Shown here in pieces: positions 50,936 through 64,000 of a DNA stretch of 64,000 nt. This stretch comes from Eledone cirrhosa (Eukaryota): contig OZ024740.1 in the NCBI GenBank assembly GCA_964016885.1, positions 80,352,001-80,416,000 on the forward strand, in the 5' to 3' direction. The first letter of the stretch is position 1. Every line of letters begins with the position of its first letter. The notes beneath the pieces were generated by a model. The model saw nothing but the letters and a program-made list of their open reading frames with translations, had not been told where the DNA came from and did not search any database. Position numbers and translations under genes: made by a program.

Positions 50936-51522
50936 ATGGTGAACTAACTGTTATGGAACTACTTCTACCAAACTCGTCGTATAGACTGAGTGCTCTATTA
51001 CTACGGATATAACTCTCCAGTGTTTTACTATCATTTATATATATATATATATATATACACACACATATATCTATATATATATATATAGTATATGTGATTC
51101 AATGGATTACTAGTGATGTACAAATATGAGCACTATGTACAGATAGAGTGTATATAGTGAGGAGAATGACAAAGTTTCTTTTACATGTAACTATGTTTTT
51201 ATTGTGTATCGACCTGTTACACGCGATTCTCAGAAGATTGACTTAAGGTCACCCACGGAAATTACGGCCGGCGTATATATATATATTTATATATATATAT
51301 ACACGATACAACCGGCCATCACAAACACTTTATTGTTTGTTGAATCACCAGTCTAACGAGCTGGTCGATACTGGGGGCGGGTCAATAACATCCATGTGTG
51401 AACTTGTGTCAATCATGTGCGTAACAAGTTGATACACAATAAAAACATATACACATGTAAACGAATCTTCATACTATATATTAGCATGTTCGGAAACTGC
51501 GTTTTTTCGCCACTATGAAATA

Positions 51523-51590
<68 letters not shown>

Positions 51591-51606
51591 TATTTCATAT
51601 TTCATG

Positions 51607-51651
<45 letters not shown>

Positions 51652-54264
51652 CGTGTGGTGTATGTATGTGTGTGTTTGCGTGTACGTGTCCGTATGTGTG
51701 TGTATGTGTGTGTCCATGTTTGTGTTTCCGTAACGTAGCAGTTCTATTAAAAACGATCAATATGAAAAGTGCTAGACTTGATAACACAAGTATTTCTGTC
51801 AATATGATCGACTGAATCATTTCAAGGCAGTGCCTTGGAAGGGTATAGTTTAGTAGACGAATAATAGTAAAAAATAAAATAGTAAATGAAATAAAGACTA
51901 ACTCACGATAGCTGTAGCACAACGTGATTCAAAATAGAAATGTTCATAGCGACACTAAGTATATGTTTATTATACGGAAGCATATCGCATATGGGTTCAT
52001 ATATGTCTTTATAAGATTAAATAACTCTAAGTCTTCTGGCTTCACAAGGACGGGGAAATCGGTTACATTTAGAATCTTCTTTTAACATGACTATCATCTG
52101 AAAATATATTTCCTTTGAATTTGTTTGATGAAGAGGAACGCTATATATTTGAAGTTCTATACAAGTAAATTAAGTTACCGTTATTCACATTAGTTTCAGT
52201 TATATATAGTGTTTGAAGTGAATATCTATGACATATGAGACTAACATTATTTCATTATTTGCTTAACTTTCCATTAACGATGAATAGCAACGTTATCTTG
52301 AAGAGGAAGCTTAATAGTTATTTGGTTACTAATTGTTTCTGTGAAATGCAGGAGGTCGTTGCTTTAATCTAATTTCTAAATGGAACCTGTTTCATTGTCT
52401 TGTCTTCATTCTTTCTCAGGAATTTACTCAAAAGCCCAATTACTCTTACAATTATAGCCACCAATTAAATCGTTAGTTTCTAAATACACTTCAATGACTA
52501 GTAAGATGAGATATTCAGGAACACGTGCTGCGCTACAATGTATGACCCAAGAGATTATTGAATATCTAGTGAAGAATATAATTCAACAAAATGGATCTCT
52601 AAGCAGCCACTCTGTCTTCTAGAAAGAGCAGTCAGATCTTTCTTCGATCACATCTCACTGTTTTAAACAAAGTATCAAAAACTGGACAATATAGATATAT
52701 CCCAAACCTAAGTATATCTCGTATGTCCATGGATCTGCATCAAGAATGTTCAGAAGTTGTTTTGTGGAAGACTAGTAGTCACAAATACATGCAAAGCCCC
52801 TCATCTCTGCGCCACAGAAAGGCAATGGCTGACGTAGCTTAGTACGAGCTACATTGCAGCCAAATGACAGAAAGATATATCACAAGACATGATGTCGAAT
52901 GTATTAACAATTCCACGAATGCACTACCTTAGACAGGTACTTTATTTATCCACCTCGAAACAGTGTTAGATGAAATTGACATCGGAGCGATTCGAACTCA
53001 GGATCAGGACAAATATCACGTGTTATTTGATTGAGGCGCTAACCTCTAACCACTCTGGTAATTTGCCGCCTTGATGTAGGCATAGGTATACAAAACCATG
53101 ACTTAGACTCGACTAGCTATCCCTAATAATTTTGCTCGAACAGGTCTGATCAGGATTTAACAAGAATTCAATTAAAACAACAGTGTATAGGATAGACATC
53201 TTTATCTTGTCACTGACCTTATGTGGTGTCTATAATCATGGCCCTTAAATTCCCGATAGAGGTAAGTAGGCTGGTTTTTTGTTTAGCTCCGGGTCAGTTC
53301 TGACCAAATAGAACATTGTTCTCATGGCCATTCAATTATTTTTTTTACAGATATTCTGCATCTAGGATCAAATTATTCAATGTGTCTGTTATTTATTTAA
53401 GATGGTGAATTGTGGTTTAAAGGAGATTTAGCTACTATTATAACAGGTCAAACGAGTTTGTAGATGTTCTCTTGTTTGATAGTTTTAATTAGGTTTCACC
53501 GAATAATATGATTTATTGGCAAAAATAATAGCAGAATTGTAAAACTAAGGGAGTTTCTTTAACTCATTACTGAATTCAGGTCCGCATATTGGCAGGTTAT
53601 GCACAACATACAAGGACATAAATAGTGAATTAAATATATCATGTATAGAAGAAAGAGAGAAATATCAATGTTTCAGACTCCTTGATCTTCCCGAAGTAGA
53701 GAAAAACAAAAACAAATTTGGATAAAAATGTGTTATAAAATCATTGGAGTGTGCAATGGTGAAATGAAAGTGAACAGAGAATCGTGATTTCAGACTGTAG
53801 AGAGTGTGGTGAGTAACTCGCGGTCATATTCACAAAATTTATGTCTTCTATTTCCGGTTTGTTTATGTGATACACATATGATAATATTTTATTCAAATAT
53901 GTTAATTTTATATTAATCTTACATACATGAGACATATATTTTACACTAGCTTTCCCGTCATCGTAGAACCATTGATATGAGACACATATTTATGTCTCGT
54001 ATAGATAGAGACAACAATTCTATCTTTTGTTTGAATATGTGTATTTCTATTCTTTTCGTTGTTGCGTTTTCAATTGATCTTGCAGCTGCTGTTATTTGTA
54101 CCTATATTCTTATTGTCAATGTCGCTGATGTCGCTATTGTTGTTGTTCTCAGTTTTCATGCTATGCAAATATCAAAACGGTTGTATGTATTGGTTCATGT
54201 ATGTATTTTCTCCGCACATTTCTCCGCACATTTCATCAATTTTAATTAAAAATTTATAACTATT

Positions 54265-54500
54265 AGAGGATTGGCAGAATCGGCAGAGCGTCTGCCAGAC
54301 ACCATGCTTTGCAGCATAGACTTACAGCCTTTTATGTTCCGAGTTCAAATTATATCGATCCCGGTACGTGACAAGGACTTTATTTTATCGACCCCAGAAA
54401 GATGAAATGTAAAGTTAACGGCAGCGGGATTTCAATTTAGAACGTAGAAAGTCCTCACTAAGTACCACAAAAACATTTTGTCCAGCGCTCTGTCGATACG
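54265..54500. mobile_element. Two SINE pieces in opposite orientation
   Basis: + head 54265-54350; - core and head 54377-54500. Confidence 0.7.
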
Positions 54501-55341
54501 TGTTTAAAATCTCCCCGAACGTGTTTATTTTGATGCAAACAACATTTCTATGCTAACAGCTAAAACCGAAGTAAATACTTCCAATTTGTCACGATGTTTT
54601 ATTCATCATTACTTTAAATTTGCAGTCGAAACTAATTCACTTTTCTTTCCATATATATTATTAAAGAAAAAATAATTGTTTTGGACTTGGCATCAATATT
54701 CACATATAATTTCTTTGCTCAGTTCAAAATACGCAGGCTTTACATGTGCTAATAAAAATAATTTATTTACATTTCAACGTCTAAGATGTTTAAAATTCAA
54801 CTGTCTACCGTTATTTAGACGACAGAAAATTTATGGTCAAATAACAATTAACGATAGACATGTAATAACTCCCTTGCTCATCTATCTTAACTATAATAAA
54901 GGGAGGAGTGCGGGACTCCGTCCAGAATATATTTTTTGCCCCGTTTGTAAAATAAGTTGGATTACTTTGAATAAATAATGAATGAATATTACATAATTCA
55001 TGTGCTAAATTTCGTGGCTGTTGATTAAATATATTTTATAGCTTATTTAATGATTCACTTCTTTAAAATTTTTAAATGTCAACACTTCTGTTCAGCGGCC
55101 GTTATATTATAACACTTAAAAAATATCGCATATATTTCCGTCGCTAATTTTCTCCTAATGCAGTTTATATATAATAACGTCTTTTTTTAATGTATCATGG
55201 ATTACTTTACGGATTACATAACAGAATGTAACGCAGTCTTCGTTCAATTTCTGTGTATATTGTCAATTACGATTTTGTTTGACGTATCATATCTACATGC
55301 ATATATATTTGTGTATAATATCAATATACATACTCCACATG

Positions 55342-55430
55342 CTAGCAGAAAACCACCCGAGGGTGGTTTTTCTGCTAGTATATCTAAAAGAGAGAATGTC
55401 TGTCTGTTGTCTGTCTGTCTATCTGACTCC
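55342..55430 (+). mobile_element. Helitron-like terminal palindrome followed by Helitron-like 5' start
   Basis: ctagcagaaaaccaccc ga gggtggtttttctgctag|tatatctaaaagagagaatgtctgtctg. Confidence 0.5.
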
Positions 55431-55629
55431 CTAAAACTCCCTAAACTTGCCAGATTATCGGTCCTGAAGAATCCTCTCTTTGGACTTGTCTTTCCTGCAG
55501 TTGTCAACATGCAAGAATTTACGCAAAACAATGACAGCATCACCCTCATCGGTCTGGGAGGGCCTGCAAAGGTAATTAATGGGCACTAAATCTCCCACCC
55601 TATCTTGTATCCCCCACCAAAGTTACAAC

Positions 55630-55865
55630 AAAAATAGTGACTTGTAACTTAGACACAGGACCAGCAACTTGGAGTAGGAGAGGGTCGATTAAATCGACTC
55701 CAGTACTTGATTGGCACTTTACGTTATCGACAGTAGAAGGATTACAGGTAAAGATGACCCCAGTAGAATTTGAATTCAGTTTGTAAAGAGCCGACGTTAA
55801 TGCCACAAAGCAATTTGTCCAACACCCTAACGATTCTCTAACGATTTTGCCAATCCACCGCTCTA
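55630..55865 (-). mobile_element. Old SINE
   Basis: aatcgactccagtacttgattggcacttt..atcgac..atttgaattcag..tgccaatccaccg. Confidence 0.72.
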
Positions 55866-56679
55866 CATCGTTACAACAAAAACAACAAAACGGATATAAC
55901 ATAGAGAATTATATGTCAACTCGCTTCCGTAATCTCATTGAGCAAGTCTTCTACTCTTTTATACTACTTCACTGACAATACTGATGGTGCAGGAACTAAC
56001 CAATTGTTTTTTTTTATTTATTTCGAACTGCCGATAGCTATGCCGATTTTAAATGTACCTGTTTACTTTGGTCAACAACAGGGTGGACAGAGTGCGGAAT
56101 AAGAATTCAGAACGCAAAGAGCAGGAAAAAACCTCACAAGGCATCTCAAGTGACACTATAACAATTTCCCCAATACGCTGCTCTTTAATAACTACTTAAT
56201 ATTATTGAACCCAAAAGGATGAAAAGCAAAGTTTACCACGAGAAGATTTGAACAAATACCACATTTAAACTGATGCTCTAAGAGTTCTGCTAATTCACTG
56301 TACATGTTTTATATTGCTTACTATGCATCAAGGTTAGGCTTCCTACATTGATCCATTGATGATTCTCACCAATAAACCAGAAATACAAACGCATATATTT
56401 GGAAAAATGCAGTCAGTACACTCACAAATATTATAAACGGTATTTATGATATAGCCAACCAGCTAATTGGCAAAAGCTCATTCACTAAAATGTACGAATC
56501 ACTTATTCACAGATGCCCTGCTCCTTCTGTTTGTTCTTTGTGTTGTCAATAACGACTACCTCTCTTTTGCATTGGGTGTTCAAGACCTGTCGAGATATCA
56601 AATGCATTTCACTACACTAAGAATGTCTCTATAAAAAGAATTAAAGAGACCCAGCCTCTTTCTCTGATCAGCCATTTTA

Positions 56680-57830
56680 CCCGCAGAGGTTACGCTCTCC
56701 CTCGTCCACTCCGCCCTCACCCGCGCCCGTGCAGTCCGCTTTTCCACCGCCCTCACTCCACGCCCCGTGCCCGCACCCACCATCTCCATTCCCCCTCACC
56801 TACCCCCCCGAACCATCCAACGCCTCTTCCAACGTCTCCATCCGACGCCTCCACACCCCCCATCTTCACAACCCCACCACTCCCTTCCTTCAAACGCGCG
56901 CGCAACCCCCTCGTCCGCGGTTCCCTACCCCCAATCCCCGTTTCCCCCCAGTTCCCTTCCCTGCTCCAGACCACTCTGGCACATCTGCCCCCACATTACC
57001 AAAACCACCACCCTCCAGGGTCCCAACAGCCTCTCTCTCTCTGTCCGGCATGCCTTCTGCTGTACCTCCTTCAACCTCCGGCTGGAACTCCGCACCCCTC
57101 TTCCTTTAGCCTTCGAACGTTCCCCTCCCTCTGCCCTACACCCTCTACTAACACCACTAAAACACTACCAAGATTAACAGTCCCCTCCACTTCCAGCCAC
57201 CCCACCCCCTTGGTTCACTCCACCACAAATAATACTAACAACCCCCATCTCTCCCCTACCACACACGTACTCACACTCTCAACACGCACACACACCAGTA
57301 TATATATACACTCACTCACACCATTCACATACCCTACTACCACCACTAACCCCCACCCACACATCCACATTCGACCACCCCACCACTAATAATACTACCC
57401 CCCAACCCATTTTCCACATCACAACGCACACACGAACACACACCAGCATATATACACTCATCTACACCTACATACACACCGATACACACCCGTACTACCC
57501 CCAATAACCCCCACCCACACAACGTATTCGACCCTCCCCTCACATGTTGACACCTGACCAAAGGCATTGTTAGGTTAAGTGAACCTTAAAAATCAGGAGT
57601 GGCACTCCCAGAGTGAACCTGTCTATAGAATTCTTTCTGCCTTTGTTATTCTAAATATAGTTTTTAAAGAATTCCCTTTTCTTTAAACCCATCAACAAAT
57701 GAGCCCCACCCATCCCAATCACCACCCTCGCCTACCACCAGAAAAGATATAAATACCACCATATTACTTGGACAGTCGGCTTCCTGATGATTTCTCCCGA
57801 ATGAAACAGTTCTAGTTCTGTAGAAGCCTT

Positions 57831-57840
<10 letters not shown>
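56680..57840 (+). mobile_element. C-rich PLE-type 3' region ending in HHR-bearing pLTR
   Basis: Strong C skew; ~158-bp diverged tandem duplication at 57220-57535; 57661-57840 homologous to 13402-13580; ends in (TA)n. Confidence 0.6.
57778..57828 (+). ncRNA. Type I hammerhead ribozyme
   Basis: ggcttc-CTGATGA-tttc tccc gaat-GAAA-cag ttctagtt ctg-TA-gaagcc; perfect stems I and III. Confidence 0.9.
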
Positions 57841-57896
<56 letters not shown>

Positions 57897-58299
57897 GTAA
57901 GTCAAAAGAGTCATTAGATACAATATATACAGTATTTCCTCTCCCAATCAGTATAAATTAACCACACAAAAAATCATTTAAACGAGGCAATAAGTTTAAA
58001 ATGTACTTATGAAGAAATAATAGACAAATGATATAGCTTCTTTTCCGCGATGTACAGCTACATGATATTTACCTAATATTCCTTCTAGCCTGTAGAAATT
58101 GACTAGACAAATAGTTAATAACACGGAATTAGGTACAACATCGAAGTTAGAAGAAAAAAATGCACATAAACTTTACCAGAATTCTCAGTCTCTACCAACC
58201 GGCGGTTTCGTTCTACTTTTTGGATATATCTGGTTTTGGATAAATCCACGAGGCTCGGAACTCACCAGGAGATACCTCAGACTGGACTAAGATTCTTCT

Positions 58300-58898
58300 A
58301 CCATGATCCCCGCCAGAAATGAATTCAAAATGGCCAATAATCATTACGTGGCTCATATATGTATATATAAAATGAAGTTGGGCGTTGTTTGGTGTACCGA
58401 AATTGCATGCTACACCGTTCATTCAATTTTCATGAAACCTCACACATATATAAAACTCAACGCGTATAGTGGAATAGGCTACGTGAAAATTTCGAAAAAT
58501 CGATAATCGGGACCCCAGAAGCCAAAAATCGATGAAACTCGACGCAAGTGTGTATTTTGATCCGGGGATAAACGTGCGCTACATTCAATTTTCGAAAAAT
58601 CGATAATTGGATCACCAGAGGCAAAAATCAGGACAACTCTAACTTACTCTCTTTCCCTCTCTTCCACCTCACTGGCGCAGCCACACCTCCTGCCTGCTGA
58701 TAAAATACATAGATAGATAAACACACACATATATAGTAATGTATATACTCTCTTTCCCTCTCTTCCACCTCACTGGCGCAGCCAAAACCTCCTGCCTGCT
58801 GATAAAATACATAGATAGATAAACACACACATATATAGTTATGTATATATGTATGTGTGTGTGTATATATATATGTGTGTGTGTATATATATGTGTGC

Positions 58899-58954
<56 letters not shown>

Positions 58955-60186
58955 ATATATATGTCGTCCAACTGCATCGTCATGCCTCACCATGCCGCAT
59001 CCATGCTCTGTCAGCCACCATGCCCTCACCTTCCCTCTCCCTTACCTGCACGACTTGGTCCTTCACGAGTGCCATGGTTCACCATGCGGAATCCCTGCAA
59101 CCGTCAATCCCGGCCATCTCCCTTCCTGCACGCCGTCGTCCCACTGCATCCTCATGCATCACCATGCCGCATCAATGCTCTGTCAGCCGCCATCCCCTCC
59201 TTGGCCCTTTCTTTTTCCTGCCCACAGTGCTCCTTCAAGACTGCCATGGATCACCATGCGGCATCTTTGCCACCGTCCACCCCTGCCCTCTTCCTTGCCT
59301 GCTGGCCGTCGCCCCACTACATCTTCATGCCTCAGGATGCCGCCTCCATGCACTGTCAGCCATGATCCCATCCTCGGCCCTTTCTTTTGCCTGACCGCTG
59401 TGCTCCTTCAAGACTCCCATGTCTATCTATGCCGCATCAATTCCTTGCCACCAGCTTAAACGTCATCAGTATGGCTTATTGTTGCCTCATTTGATCACCG
59501 ATTTTCGCAGGCTAAACACAACACCAACGTGCACGATAGTCCATGGTAAATCTTTTTAATTACATGTTCTTGAGGCTGTTGCAAAGGGCAATAACCCTAG
59601 ACGCAATTTTGATCAACTTTTTTTCACATATAGCAAATTTACCGGGACAGGTCTTTAGCTACTCAAATCTACTTCAGAGGTCACGCGTTCATGTAAAAAA
59701 TCAATAAAACTGAAGCAGGGGTTCGACTTTGCGCAAAAAACAAGGCAAAGTTGCAGATGGGATAATCTTTTACAGGAACGTCCGATTTTCGTGAAAACTG
59801 TCGCAAATGAATCGTCCATTATGCCGCGATTCAGATAAAGTCCCTTTTATTTCTTCGTCTGCACATGTGAGCGCCAAAATTGTAAAAAAAAAATATATTT
59901 GAAAAAATCGACTTTTTCACCCTTCTTTAAAAATCAACTGAAAATTCAATTTCAAGTGAATTTGACTTCCGTCAGTCTTGCAAAGAACAATTTCAACGAT
60001 ACACTGTGAACCTACAATTGATCCATTATTTATGCTCAATTACACACCTGCGTATACTAACCTCTGTTTTTTTCCTTGAGCTTCGAAGGTTTTTGCACCT
60101 GTGATGCACGGGAAGTAACTTTCAAACATTTTAACAACAGACCAAAGGTCGACTTACACCCGGGCAACGCCTGGTACTTCTGCTAG
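58300..60186 (+). mobile_element. Non-autonomous Helitron (3' end clear, 5' end uncertain) with internal tandem repeats
   Basis: 3' hairpin cccgggcaacgcctggt + CTAG|T at 60159-60186; tandem units of ~100 bp (58491/58591), 101 bp (58645/58746) and ~172 bp x3 (58968/59140/59313). Confidence 0.65.
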
Positions 60187-60217
<31 letters not shown>

Positions 60218-60222
60218 CATAG

Positions 60223-61010
60223 ATTGAGTTATAAACTCAAAATAGTCTTTTACAATTAAATAGCTCAAAGAAGGGAATCTTTCCGAGCCGTCTAATATAA
60301 TTGGATATATGAGAGGGATGAACACAGATAAAAGTATATATGTGTTCCAATTGCAAATTACCAAGTTAGCTAGGTTGAAAACATACTAATTTAAAACAAT
60401 ATGGTTTGCCTGACTCGATTTAAAGTAATAAATCAATAAAAATAACAAACCTATATCGGGCAATAGCCTTTGATACCCTGACAGACCAAAATCTGTTTTG
60501 CAAGAATTATCAAGTGAAAGCCAGAATTCCTGTGCTCATCAGCGGGTATCCAGGAAAATTCGTACCTTTCACTTCAAAGGATCTAAGAAGACTGAAAGAT
60601 ATGATGGTAAAACGCACATGTCGCAGGGCCTAGCGCGTCTTATACTCATGCCGCTAAAAATAGCAGCTGGGTTTATGAGACTAATGTTAGCTCTACATAC
60701 GGAGCCGAGAATATCATACATTGAGTAATAAACTGAAAATAGTTTTTTACAATTAAATAGCTGAAAGAAGGGAATCTTTCCGAGCTGTCTAATATAATTG
60801 GATATATGAGAGGGATGAACACTGATATAAGTATACATGTGTTCCAATTGCAAATGACCAAGTTAGCTAGGTTGAAACAATACTAATCTAAAACAATATG
60901 GTTTGCCTAACTCGATTTAAAGTAATAAATCAATAAAAATAACAAACCTATATCGGGCAATAGCCTTTGATACCCTTTGGAACACATGTGCTCATCCCTC
61001 TCATATATCC

Positions 61011-61018
<8 letters not shown>
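60223..61018 (-). mobile_element. Retrozyme-like non-autonomous element: ~1.5 copies of a 497-nt unit plus short inverted tail
   Basis: 60223-60479 is a direct repeat of 60720-60976; HHR at 60472-60550; 60977-61018 is inverted internal sequence; (TA)n on both sides. Confidence 0.82.
60472..60550 (-). ncRNA. Type I hammerhead (GAAA->AAAA)
   Basis: gatacccg-CTGATGA-gcacaggaatt..aattcttgc-AAAA-cagatt tt ggtctg-TC-agggtatc. Confidence 0.8.
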
Positions 61019-61049
<31 letters not shown>

Positions 61050-61054
<5 letters not shown>

Positions 61055-61453
61055 GTGGGTACATATATATCAAATGAAGCAACGGAGTAAAGGAGTCGCG
61101 TTGTTCCTTGTAATATAATGACTCAAGGACATTTTTCCGGGCTCTTCAAAATATATAGGAGAGAATACATGAAAAGGACATGTTTTTTCATTACAAGTTT
61201 CTAACTTAATATTAAACGCGCAAGGCACATATTCTGAAACACCTGGTGATGAACTATGGAAAATGTGATCATTGCTGCGAATTAGCGAAACAATCCTAAC
61301 ATGGACTGTACAAGGTGTAATAGTTATTGAGGTACTCTTTTAAATTTATTAATCTGTTTGATTATAATGTTTTTCTCGTACCTTACACAATTTATATGTC
61401 TCGTGGTAAAAATACCCTGTAATGAAAAAACATGTTCTTTTCATGTGTTCCCT

Positions 61454-61460
<7 letters not shown>
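61050..61460 (+). mobile_element. Solo pLTR with inverted 5' tail
   Basis: 61154-61195 is the inverse of 61418-61459; HHR-like motif between; (TA)n flanks. Confidence 0.68.
61239..61318 (+). ncRNA. Degenerate hammerhead (C3->G)
   Basis: acacctg-GTGATGA-acta..tagc-GAAA-caatcc taacat ggactg-TA-caaggtgt. Confidence 0.6.
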
Positions 61461-61502
<42 letters not shown>

Positions 61503-61548
61503 AAATAAAATAAATAAGTCAAATGTTTAAAACTTGGCTTCGTTTATT

Positions 61549-61603
61549 ACTGCTATATATATTTCGGTGACAGCCATCTTTGTTTGTGACCTCTTCAGAC
61601 AGT
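61549..61603 (-). ncRNA. Minimal type I hammerhead in putative inverted 5' pLTR (61497-62039)
   Basis: actgt-CTGAAGA-ggtcaca..tgtcacc-GAAA-tatata-TA-gcagt. Confidence 0.82.
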
Positions 61604-62039
61604 CCGAATTAGTGTGGTAGAGACGAGTACACCTGTTGTTGAGGTGTTTAACTTTGTCAATACTCTGATATGCCCTCTTCCTGGTTGGGTTGTTGTTTCA
61701 TTGAGGAACTGGAATCATATGAATTTAAACAAACGAATTTCAGTGTTCGGTTTTGCTATTGTTAAGTACATCTGACCTCTACCCTTAATTTGGTAGTGTT
61801 GTTGGTGTTTGGGTCAGCCTATGTCTTTCTGCTGCTGACATTTATAAGCATCTGTGTGTGTTTCTTCACCCATCCTGCCACCATCTCTTGTGGTGGTGGT
61901 CGTGGGGGGGGGGGGGGGGGTCTGCCATGTATATGAAGAAATAGAAGGCAATAAAATGAAGAAGCAATAAAATGAAAGAGGAACACCAAAAATTGCCAAC
62001 ACACAGAAAATAGAGTACCTTTTTCGATCAAGGAGGAAT

Positions 62040-64000
62040 CCCCCCCCCCCCACAACAGACTAATGGAGGAGTTTGAAAATGAGATGATTAACATCATCTC
62101 AAACTTCAAATTCTCCGAAAACCCACCCAGAAGTCAGGAGTACCTCATTACAGTACTTAAAGAGAGTGCCGGATTACAGTACTTAAACAGACAACTGGAA
62201 TACTTGTCCATGCTGACAAAACCAACAACCTCTACAACATGGACACTGAACTGTATAATAAGCTAATTCTCAGGGAACTGAGGAAGTGCTACAAAAAACA
62301 CCTGGATTTACCCTGGATGAGATCAATGCCACAGTTTACAGGATTATATCTGTACTCGGCATACAGGACAGGACGGCCCCATACCAACCAAGAAAGCCAC
62401 GGATTGCCCTTAAATATCACAAGCCAAACTTTGACTCCAACCTCCCTGTCAGACTAATAGCGCCCTCCAGATCTGACCTAGGGATCGTCAGTAAAAGAAT
62501 ACTAGATAGGATTTTGCCCAAGCTTCGGAAAAAAACTAGATTACAGCAATGGTCATGCACGGAAGAGGTAATAGAATGGTTTAAGATAATACATGAGTAA
62601 AGTAAGACCAGCTTTATCCAACTGGATATCGCAGGCTACTACTCCTCAGTCTCACCCATAGTACTCAATAAGGCTCTACTTCTAGCGATGTCCAATACGG
62701 ACCTAACCCGAGAGGAGTGAGCATCATCCACGCCGCAAGCAAGACCTTAATCCGTTTCGAAGGGGACCTTTGGACCAGGAGTGATTGGCTAAATAACTTT
62801 GACATCACGATGGGCTCCAGCGACTCAGCACAGGTAACAGACCTGGTTGGGCTCTTCCTGCTGAAGCAGATAAAAGATGAAATGCCCTGCCTGGGCGGCG
62901 GATTATATCGTGACGATGCTCTCTTCACAGTATTTGACCAAGCACCACTAAGTTGGAGGGAATGAGGAGGCGTATTCGGCATTTCTTTAAGAACCAGGGG
63001 CTCAGTATCGAACTAGACCCAAAGAGAAAGGTAGTTAACTTCCTAGACACCACCCTAAACCTGAACACCGAGCAATACTACCCCTACCACAAGCCCAACA
63101 AGAAACTTGTGTATGTTAACGCCAAGTCAAACCACCCTAGATCCATAACCAAGGCCGTCGTGAAGAGTGTCTCGGACAGGATCTCCAGCCTGTCCGCTAA
63201 TAAGAACATCTTTGATAACAACGCGGAATATTACAATGCAGCTCTAAATAAGGCGGCATATGGCCAAAATATAACATATAGTCCGAAACGCCATGATGGG
63301 AATGGCCCTACGGACACCCACACTCGCATTGTCCGGGAGGAGGCGAACCCTAACAATACAGGCAGAACAGAAACAAATAAGCACCATGAGCCCGACAGCA
63401 CTTCACGCGCGATGGTGACGAGTACCCTTAACCATGAGATGAAACCCAATATGAGTAGCAGTCTTAGGGGTGATGATAACCACCCCGGGTCCGACGACCC
63501 CAACCGCAGGACACGTGGGGGGGGGGGGTAATGGTGGACCACCCCACAGTGGATCTTCCAGCGCGGGCAACGACTACGCCACAGATTCGGGCCGTGGAGA
63601 TAGCTAAACGCATAGCGCCCAAAGGGGAAACAACAATGCAGGACCTACTAGCAACCCAACAACTCTCCAACAACTCACGACGCCCCCAACCCACCCATAT
63701 AGTAGTAGACGCAGAAAAATCACGTGGTACAACGCATCCTACTCAGCCGCCCTAAAGAACAGCTTGGCCCGATCACTCTTTGGGGCACTTGATAAATGCT
63801 TCCCGAGGGACTATAGATACCACAAGATCTTCAACAGACACACTGTGAAGCTCTCGTTTTCCACCACGAAAAATCTGGCCCAACACATAGCTAGCATCAA
63901 CAGGAGTAGGCTTAAAAAACACACACAACCAGAAGATGGCAATATAAGCACCCAGCAGAACCATGTGGAAGGAAGGAGGGGGGACCTAGTGCCCACCCAA
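62040..64000 (+). pseudogene. Penelope-like RT region, frameshifted, runs off window end
   Basis: FENEM..NFKF; PVRLIAPSRSDLG; ITMGSSDSAQVTDLVGL..GLYRDD; VNFLDTTLNL..SNHP; HRYHKIFNRHTVKLSFS. Confidence 0.93.

Noticed and set aside
53670-53820. Possible host exon (tttcag...gtgagt)
   Set aside because: Splice-like signals only; no recognisable coding content or support
56729-57177. Proline-rich ORFs
   Set aside because: Consequence of C-rich skew; no domain motifs
58841-59459. Overlapping 174-200 aa ORFs in all three frames
   Set aside because: Microsatellite plus GC-rich minisatellite lacking stops

Overview
This is eukaryotic, AT-rich, repeat-saturated DNA with no recognisable host gene. 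The SINE families and the dense (TA)n/(CA)n/(CATA)n tracts suggest an invertebrate, probably an octopus (inference). The main components are: (1) R4/Dong-clade RLE non-LTR retrotransposons, including one intact 1169-aa ORF (21358-24867) and several decayed copies, most bounded by (CATA)n; (2) six Penelope-like elements (PLEs, RT + GIY-YIG) embedded in (TA)n, several with an inverted 5' pseudo-LTR; (3) about 20 type I hammerhead ribozyme (HHR) motifs read by eye on both strands, many in ORF-less pLTR-like units; (4) tRNA-derived SINEs, an RTE fragment, Helitron ends, a Tc1/mariner-type mini-MITE and local foldbacks. The most striking item is a 497-nt non-coding unit at 60223-61018, present about 1.5 times, whose 5' end falls exactly on its own predicted hammerhead cleavage site, i.e. 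a retrozyme-like element. Coordinates were read by hand. Element boundaries may be off by a few to tens of bases, and no folding or database search was run.
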